Shown here in pieces: positions 58,597 to 64,000 of a stretch of DNA of 64,000 nt. The stretch lies in assembly GCA_963782525.1 (NCBI GenBank), contig CAWAKC010000004.1, positions 123,410-187,409 on the forward strand, written 5' to 3'. Each line of letters opens with the position of its first letter. Positions within the stretch are counted from its first letter, which is position 1. Origin of the DNA: Candidatus Bathyarchaeota archaeon (GTDB taxonomy: Archaea > Thermoproteota > Bathyarchaeia > Bathyarchaeales > Bathycorpusculaceae). Position numbers and translations under genes: made by a program. The notes beneath the pieces are model-generated. The model was not told where the DNA came from. It saw nothing but the letters and a program-made list of their open reading frames with translations, and did no database searches.

Positions 58597-58920
58597 ATGA
58601 AGTTAGTAGCACGTGAAGTAGAAAAAATGATGATTTTCACCGCTGCACAAATGGCTGACCGAAGACTTAAATGCGGTTTAAAACTGAATTATCCTGAAGC
58701 CGTTGCAATCATAGCTGATTTTGTACAAGAAGGCGCCAGAAGAGGCGTAATGGTAGCTCAAATAGCCAAAGATGCTAGACACGTTTTGACGATGGATGAC
58801 GTAATGCCCAACGTAGCAGACATGATAACTCTAGTGCAGGTTGAAGCAACATTTCCAGACGGAACCAAACTAGTAAGCGTACATAACCCAATCCAACCAA
58901 AAGGAGAAGGTAAAAAATGA
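58597..58920 (+). CDS. ureA: Urease subunit gamma
   Basis: [31 protein letters not shown]. Confidence 0.97.
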   Translation: MKLVAREVEKMMIFTAAQMADRRLKCGLKLNYPEAVAIIADFVQEGARRGVMVAQIAKDARHVLTMDDVMPNVADMITLVQVEATFPDGTKLVSVHNPIQPKGEGKK

Positions 58921-59294
58921 CTCCAAACACAGTAGGACAAATAACTCTTGGAAAAGGAGACATAGAGGCTTTCGAAACAAGAAAATCGATTAAATTGAAA
59001 GTAAAGAATGCTGGTGACAGAGGAATTCAGGTGGGTTCGCATTTCCATTTCTTTGAGGCAAATAGGGCATTAGACTTTGACAGAGAAAAGGCATATGGCA
59101 TGAAACTTGCAATTCCAGCAGGCACAAGCGTAAGATTTGAACCCGGTCAGGAAAAAGAAGTGACACTTGTCGAATATGGAGGTAAAAAGTACATACATGG
59201 ATTCAACAACCTCGTCGATGGTAGCGTACGGACTATATACCGAAAAGACATGGCACTTAGAAAAGCTAAGGAACTTAAGTTCAAAGGAGCATGA
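58917..59294 (+). CDS. ureB: Urease subunit beta
   Basis: [31 protein letters not shown]. Confidence 0.97.
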   Translation: MTPNTVGQITLGKGDIEAFETRKSIKLKVKNAGDRGIQVGSHFHFFEANRALDFDREKAYGMKLAIPAGTSVRFEPGQEKEVTLVEYGGKKYIHGFNNLVDGSVRTIYRKDMALRKAKELKFKGA

Positions 59295-61015
59295 AAAAAA
59301 TGAAAATTCCAAGAAAACAATATCTAGACTTGTATGGCCCCACGACAGGCGATAAAATTCAATTAGGAGACACAAACTTGATAATTGAAGTGGAAAAAGA
59401 TTGCACTTCATATGGCGACGAGTTGGTCTTCGGTGGTGGAAAGACTGCTAGACAAGGAATGGGTTTAGCGGCTGGCACCACACAAGCAGATGGGGCTCTT
59501 GACCATGTTATCACCAACGTTGTATTGTTGGATGCGATGATGGGTGTTGTTAAAGCGGACATAGGCATTAGAAACGGCTTGATCGCTGCAATCGGAAAAG
59601 CTGGAAATCCAAGTACAATGGATAACGTCACTGAAAACATGGTTGTAAGCAACTCAACCGAAGTAACTGCTGGAGAAGGACTGATAGCCACTGCTGGCTT
59701 TTTCGATACGCATGTTCACATGATATCTCCACAGCAAGTATTCCATGCAATAGGAAATGGAATAACAACGTATATCGGTGGAGGCACAGGACCTGCCGAT
59801 GGAACAAACGCAACTACATGTACACCTGGGCCTTGGAACATAAGAAAAATGATAGAAGCAATTGAAGGCTTACCACTTAACTGGCTTTTCTTGGGTAAAG
59901 CTAACGACAGCAAAGCAGAAACATTAGTTGAAGAACTTGCTGCAGGAGCAGGTGGACTTAAACTGCATGAAGACTGGGGAGCTACCGCGGCATCTTTGGA
60001 CACAGGTTTAAGCGTTGCAGACGAATATGACGTTCAATTAGCAATACACACGGATTCACTAAACGAAGGAGGCTACGTTGACGACTCTATCGATGCAATA
60101 GATGGAAGGACAGTGCATACATATCACACTGAAGGCGCAGGTGGAGGACATGCTCCTGACATTATGAAAATAGCTGGAGAACCCAACGCATTACCTTCCT
60201 CAACAAACCCCACGAGACCATATACCGTCAATACTTTAGCTGAACATCTTGACATGGTTATGGTAACTCACCACCTTAATCCTAAAGTTCCCGAAGATGT
60301 AGCATTTGCCGAATCAAGAATCAGAGCCGAAACGATAGCCGCGGAAGATGTATTTCACGATTGGGGCATTCTTAGCATGTATTCAGCTGATAGCCAAGCA
60401 ATGGGGAGAACAGGAGAAGTTTCAACCAGATGCTGGCAGACTGCACACAAAATGAAGGCCCAATTTGGAAAACTCCCTGAAGACGTTCCAGGAAATGACA
60501 ACTTTAGAGTTTTGAGATACTTAGCTAAGCTAAACATAAACCCAGCAATAACCAACGGCGTTTCCGATTACGTAGGCAGTCTTGAAAAAGGAAAAATGGC
60601 TGACATTGTATTATGGGACCCAAGATTCTTTGGAGTAAAACCAAACATAGTTTTCAAGGGAGGGTTCATTGCCTATGCAATGATGGGTGACCCCAATGCT
60701 TCAGTTCCACCAGTTGAACCAGTTTTCTTAAGACCAATGTTTGGCGGATTCGGTTTAGCAAGATCGACCACTTCGGCACTGTTCACATCGAAACTAGCAA
60801 TTGAAAACGGCATCAAAGAAAAATATGGTATAAAACGCCAAGTTCTGCCAGTATACAACGTTAGAAACTTGGGCAAGCAACATATGATTCGGAACAGCAC
60901 ACTCGGCGAAATAAAAATCGATCCGGAAACATACAAAGTAACATTCAATGGTAAACTGGCAACTTGTGAACCTGCAAAAACATTACCGTTAACTCAGCTC
61001 TATCATCTAGTATAG
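59291..61015 (+). CDS. ureC: Urease subunit alpha
   Basis: [44 protein letters not shown]. Confidence 0.98.
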   Translation: MKKMKIPRKQYLDLYGPTTGDKIQLGDTNLIIEVEKDCTSYGDELVFGGGKTARQGMGLAAGTTQADGALDHVITNVVLLDAMMGVVKADIGIRNGLIAAIGKAGNPSTMDNVTENMVVSNSTEVTAGEGLIATAGFFDTHVHMISPQQVFHAIGNGITTYIGGGTGPADGTNATTCTPGPWNIRKMIEAIEGLPLNWLFLGKANDSKAETLVEELAAGAGGLKLHEDWGATAASLDTGLSVADEYDVQLAIHTDSLNEGGYVDDSIDAIDGRTVHTYHTEGAGGGHAPDIMKIAGEPNALPSSTNPTRPYTVNTLAEHLDMVMVTHHLNPKVPEDVAFAESRIRAETIAAEDVFHDWGILSMYSADSQAMGRTGEVSTRCWQTAHKMKAQFGKLPEDVPGNDNFRVLRYLAKLNINPAITNGVSDYVGSLEKGKMADIVLWDPRFFGVKPNIVFKGGFIAYAMMGDPNASVPPVEPVFLRPMFGGFGLARSTTSALFTSKLAIENGIKEKYGIKRQVLPVYNVRNLGKQHMIRNSTLGEIKIDPETYKVTFNGKLATCEPAKTLPLTQLYHLV

Positions 61016-61019
61016 AAGC

Positions 61020-61388
61020 TTGAGTTTTCCATCCTTTTTTTGGAGCAAGGATAATTTGATTAGACATTATACATTAATTTCTAACGTGAAAAATGGAGAA
61101 GTAATTGATCCCAAAAAAGTTAAACATGGAGAAATTACCGCTCTTAAAATTTCAAATCTTTCCGGTTGGATTGATCCACAGACTCATTTAAATTTAGATT
61201 TTCCCAAACATCTCATGCGAGAAGTGTACATAGCAGAGAATTTAGAGTTAAACAGCAAGATAATAACCAAGGACGAAAGGTTAATGTCCGTCCCTGTGAG
61301 TCCCCAAGCATACAAGCATTTAGGCTTTGTTGATGAAGCCGAAAGGAATGAGCAGCTAAGAGAGGCAATTTTAAAGGATACTGAATAA
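61020..61388 (+). CDS. Hypothetical protein within the urease operon
   Basis: 122 aa ORF tightly packed between ureC and ureE; start uncertain. Confidence 0.6.
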   Translation: MSFPSFFWSKDNLIRHYTLISNVKNGEVIDPKKVKHGEITALKISNLSGWIDPQTHLNLDFPKHLMREVYIAENLELNSKIITKDERLMSVPVSPQAYKHLGFVDEAERNEQLREAILKDTE

Positions 61389-61405
61389 AAAGAGAAGGTT
61401 GTTGA

Positions 61406-61879
61406 ATGATTGTTTTTGATAAATTAGCAAGTCAAGTTAACGTTGAAAAGATTAAGGAAGTTACAGCCAACAGGCAAGATGCAATGAGGGGTAGAGTAAG
61501 AGCTAAGTTAAGCGAGGCAGAGGATTTAGTAATCAACTTGCCCCGAGGTCAACCTATAGGGCAGGGCGATATTTTTGGGCCTTCAGAAAAAGGAGACTAT
61601 TATAAAATATTAATCGAACCAGAACTTGTAATAAAAGTGACTTTAGATAAAACACTGAGCGATGATGCTATAGAGAAAGCAGCAAAATTGGGTTACAATT
61701 TAGGTAATCGGCATCTTGAGGTATTAATTGAGGATGGCGCTTTATTTGTTCCAGTTACGATAGGAGAAGAAAAGGTCAGGAAAATACTGGAGTCTATGAA
61801 GTTGCCGATAAAGTTCGAATCAGTTCAGAAGGTAATATCAATGTCTTCAGCAGGATACCACGGAGGAGAAGAGGAATAA
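61406..61879 (+). CDS. ureE: Urease accessory protein UreE
   Basis: LPRG..IGQGD, LGYNLGNRH; no His-rich tail. Confidence 0.88.
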   Translation: MIVFDKLASQVNVEKIKEVTANRQDAMRGRVRAKLSEAEDLVINLPRGQPIGQGDIFGPSEKGDYYKILIEPELVIKVTLDKTLSDDAIEKAAKLGYNLGNRHLEVLIEDGALFVPVTIGEEKVRKILESMKLPIKFESVQKVISMSSAGYHGGEEE

Positions 61880-61908
61880 TTTTAACTGAAAACGCGAAAC
61901 TACTAAAT

Positions 61909-62550
61909 TTGCTGAGGACCTCAGACTCGTTTTTTCCCATGGGGTCCTTCACCATGTCGCAAGGCATGGAACAGGTTATAAATGATAATTTGTTGCCTAA
62001 AGAAAAAGTTTCAAAAATAATAAATATCTATTTAGAAAAGATTTGGAAAACATTCGACCTTGGTATCTTCTACTACGCTTTAGATGCAATAGAAAAGAAA
62101 GATATCGCGTTTTTAAAGAAAATTGATGAAATCTGTTATTCTTCTAAAGTTTCTGAAGAAAACAGGTCTGCAATCGTTAAGATGGGAAGAAGCATGCTGA
62201 ATGCAACTGAATTCAGCGAGGACTCGATAGGGAAATCTTACAAGGGTCTAGTCAAATCTGATGCTGCTTATGGAACATATCCGGTTGTTTTAGCGCTTGT
62301 GTCCATTCAGTTTAGCTTCAAAGATTTAGGCGCTTTATCCCTTTTATACGTTAACTTGATGGAAGTCACCGCTTCTCTAGTGAGAATGGGCATAATCGAT
62401 TACATAGAGGCACAAAAGATTCTGATTAACGCTGTAGCAGCAATTCAGGTAACGCCTCTGAAGCTAACTGATTTACACCAAACTTTCCCATTGGTTGATA
62501 TTGCCTCAATGAGGCATGAATTAAGCACAAGTAGAATGTTCATGAGTTAA
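61909..62550 (+). CDS. ureF: Urease accessory protein UreF
   Basis: SDSFFPMGSFTMSQGME, DIASMRHE...RMFMS; the frame is open back to 61876. Confidence 0.92.
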   Translation: MLRTSDSFFPMGSFTMSQGMEQVINDNLLPKEKVSKIINIYLEKIWKTFDLGIFYYALDAIEKKDIAFLKKIDEICYSSKVSEENRSAIVKMGRSMLNATEFSEDSIGKSYKGLVKSDAAYGTYPVVLALVSIQFSFKDLGALSLLYVNLMEVTASLVRMGIIDYIEAQKILINAVAAIQVTPLKLTDLHQTFPLVDIASMRHELSTSRMFMS

Positions 62551-62573
62551 AAAAAAGGAGATTGACATGAAAA

Positions 62574-63221
62574 ATGAGTAGTAGAACTGTTAGAATTGGA
62601 ATGGGCGGCGCAATAGGCTGTGGAAAAACTGAATTAATTGAGAAATTGGTCCCAAAGCTAATTGAACAAGGCTTCAAGGTTGGAGTAATATCAAACGACG
62701 CGTACTCCAAAGAAGATGCAAGAAGACTAGCAGCAAGACTTGGCAAAGACATCGACCCAAATCTAATCTTAGGAATAGAGACAGGAGGATGCCCCCATAC
62801 TGCCGTGCGAGATGACCCGTCGATGAACATAGATGCTGCTGAGAAACTTGAGCGAGACAATCCTGGATTAGATGTACTCTTGATAGAATCCGGAGGAGAC
62901 AATATAACATTGACTTTTAGTCCAAAATTAGCGGACTTCTTCATTTATATGGTGGATGTGGCTGGCGGAGACAAAACGATTCGGAAAGGGGGATTAGGAA
63001 TCAAAAAATCCGATTTACTTGTTATAAATAAAATAGACTTAGCCCCTTATGTTGAATCTACCATTCTTGAATCTGGGATTAAGACTGCCAACCTTGATCT
63101 TATGATGCAAGATGCAAAGAAACTGCGAGGTGACAAACCAACAGTCATGTTGTCTTTAAAAGATGGCACCGGATTGGATGATGTGATGAAAATAATTAAA
63201 GAAAAGGCACTTTTCAAATGA
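62574..63221 (+). CDS. ureG: Urease accessory GTPase UreG
   Basis: GCGKT, ETGGCPH, IESGGDN, DVAGGDK, NKID. Confidence 0.96.
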   Translation: MSSRTVRIGMGGAIGCGKTELIEKLVPKLIEQGFKVGVISNDAYSKEDARRLAARLGKDIDPNLILGIETGGCPHTAVRDDPSMNIDAAEKLERDNPGLDVLLIESGGDNITLTFSPKLADFFIYMVDVAGGDKTIRKGGLGIKKSDLLVINKIDLAPYVESTILESGIKTANLDLMMQDAKKLRGDKPTVMLSLKDGTGLDDVMKIIKEKALFK

Positions 63222-64000
63222 CGCAGGAAGTCATTCAAAACTTGATTCAAGATTTAAGCGGTTTGCCGTCGGCTTTCTCAGAATATGAAACGGAACAAAC
63301 TAGACTTGCAGTTGGGTCGGCAGGCAAAAATGCTGTCGCAGAATTAACGTTCACGAAATTTGGTGACAAGACATATCTTACTGATGTTTATAATGAAGTT
63401 CCAGCGAAAATTCTAAGAGAACTCTACTATGACCCTTACCTGCCTGGGTTGCCTTATATTCTTTTCATGAACCCGACAGGCGGGATAGTTCAAGGTGACC
63501 GTTATTTTTACAAATTTATATTGAAAGAGGGCGCAGAAGCATTCATCACTGATACAATGGCTACAAAAATCTATAAAATGGATTTAAATTATGCTAGTAA
63601 AGAAATAGATGTTTATCTTGGAGCGAACAGTCGTTTGGAGTTTTTGCCCAGGGAAACTATGGTTTTTGTTGATTCCCGTTGGCATCAAAGAGTAACTTTT
63701 CATGTTAGTGATGGTGCTAAATTCTTGTATTGTGACATATTCTGCCCTGGGCGGGTGGAAAGGGGCGAATTTTGGGATTTTGACATATATTCTTCGAAGG
63801 TAGTTATAGAAGAGGATAAAAAGCTCTTGCTTAATGAAAGCACGATTTTCACTAGGCAAGACAAAGACTCACTTGATGTTATCTTTGGTGATAACAAGTT
63901 TTACTTAAAAGCATATTGGTATTCCGGCAATGCTGTTAAGGCAAAGAAGGAAATTGATTTTGGAAATACTTATGGTGGGGCTACACAAATGGCAAACAAT
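63218..64000 (+). CDS. ureD: Urease accessory protein UreD (3' end beyond the window)
   Basis: ATG 63218 overlaps the ureG stop; translated by hand: NPTGGIVQGD, ATKIYKM, LEFLP, PGRVERGE; open to the window end. Confidence 0.92.
   Translation, partial: MTQEVIQNLIQDLSGLPSAFSEYETEQTRLAVGSAGKNAVAELTFTKFGDKTYLTDVYNEVPAKILRELYYDPYLPGLPYILFMNPTGGIVQGDRYFYKFILKEGAEAFITDTMATKIYKMDLNYASKEIDVYLGANSRLEFLPRETMVFVDSRWHQRVTFHVSDGAKFLYCDIFCPGRVERGEFWDFDIYSSKVVIEEDKKLLLNESTIFTRQDKDSLDVIFGDNKFYLKAYWYSGNAVKAKKEIDFGNTYGGATQMANN

Noticed and set aside
58475-58612. N-terminal extension of the urea transporter ORF
   Set aside because: Runs through the divergent promoter and into ureA
1-64000. Other short antisense or nested ORFs; integrase, transposase, rRNA
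   Set aside because: The short ORFs are shadows of well-supported genes; no mobile-element enzyme or rRNA motifs were seen

Overview
Archaeal chromosomal window, most likely Bathyarchaeia/TACK. This is an inference from the archaeal TyrRS, EF-2 and aRF1, the HdrA-MvhD fusion, AfpA, an eL22-like gene and BHB-intron tRNAs. The left part (1-42.5 kb) is mostly housekeeping: B12 radical SAM + CDP-alcohol phosphotransferase + LipS2, a degenerate DRE-TIM synthase, a CBS-HPF hibernation-factor-like protein, polyferredoxin-hdrA/mvhD, two ABC exporters, afpA-isf, a non-syntenic EF-2, a P-type ATPase, an SGNH/AT3/GT-C glycan-modification trio, corA, tyrS, and an aRF1 paralog lacking both GGQ and NIKS. 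The right part (about 42.6-64 kb) looks AT-richer by eye and accessory. It carries a GH15 pseudogene, cation antiporters, two glucosylglycerate routes with glycerate kinase, eL22-like and DCD-like genes, a frameshifted amt, a urea transporter and a urease operon (ureD runs off the window). The most unusual structure is at 14.98-18.94 kb. An intact intron-containing tRNA-Trp (- strand) is nested between the 5' and 3' pieces of a second, two-intron tRNA-Trp-like gene (+ strand). The box C/D-like intron of that broken copy carries a guide matching the intact pre-tRNA better than its own host, and a third isolated tRNA 3' end lies 3.2 kb downstream. No CRISPR array, rRNA, integrase or transposase was seen. 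All family calls come from motif recognition, not database searches.
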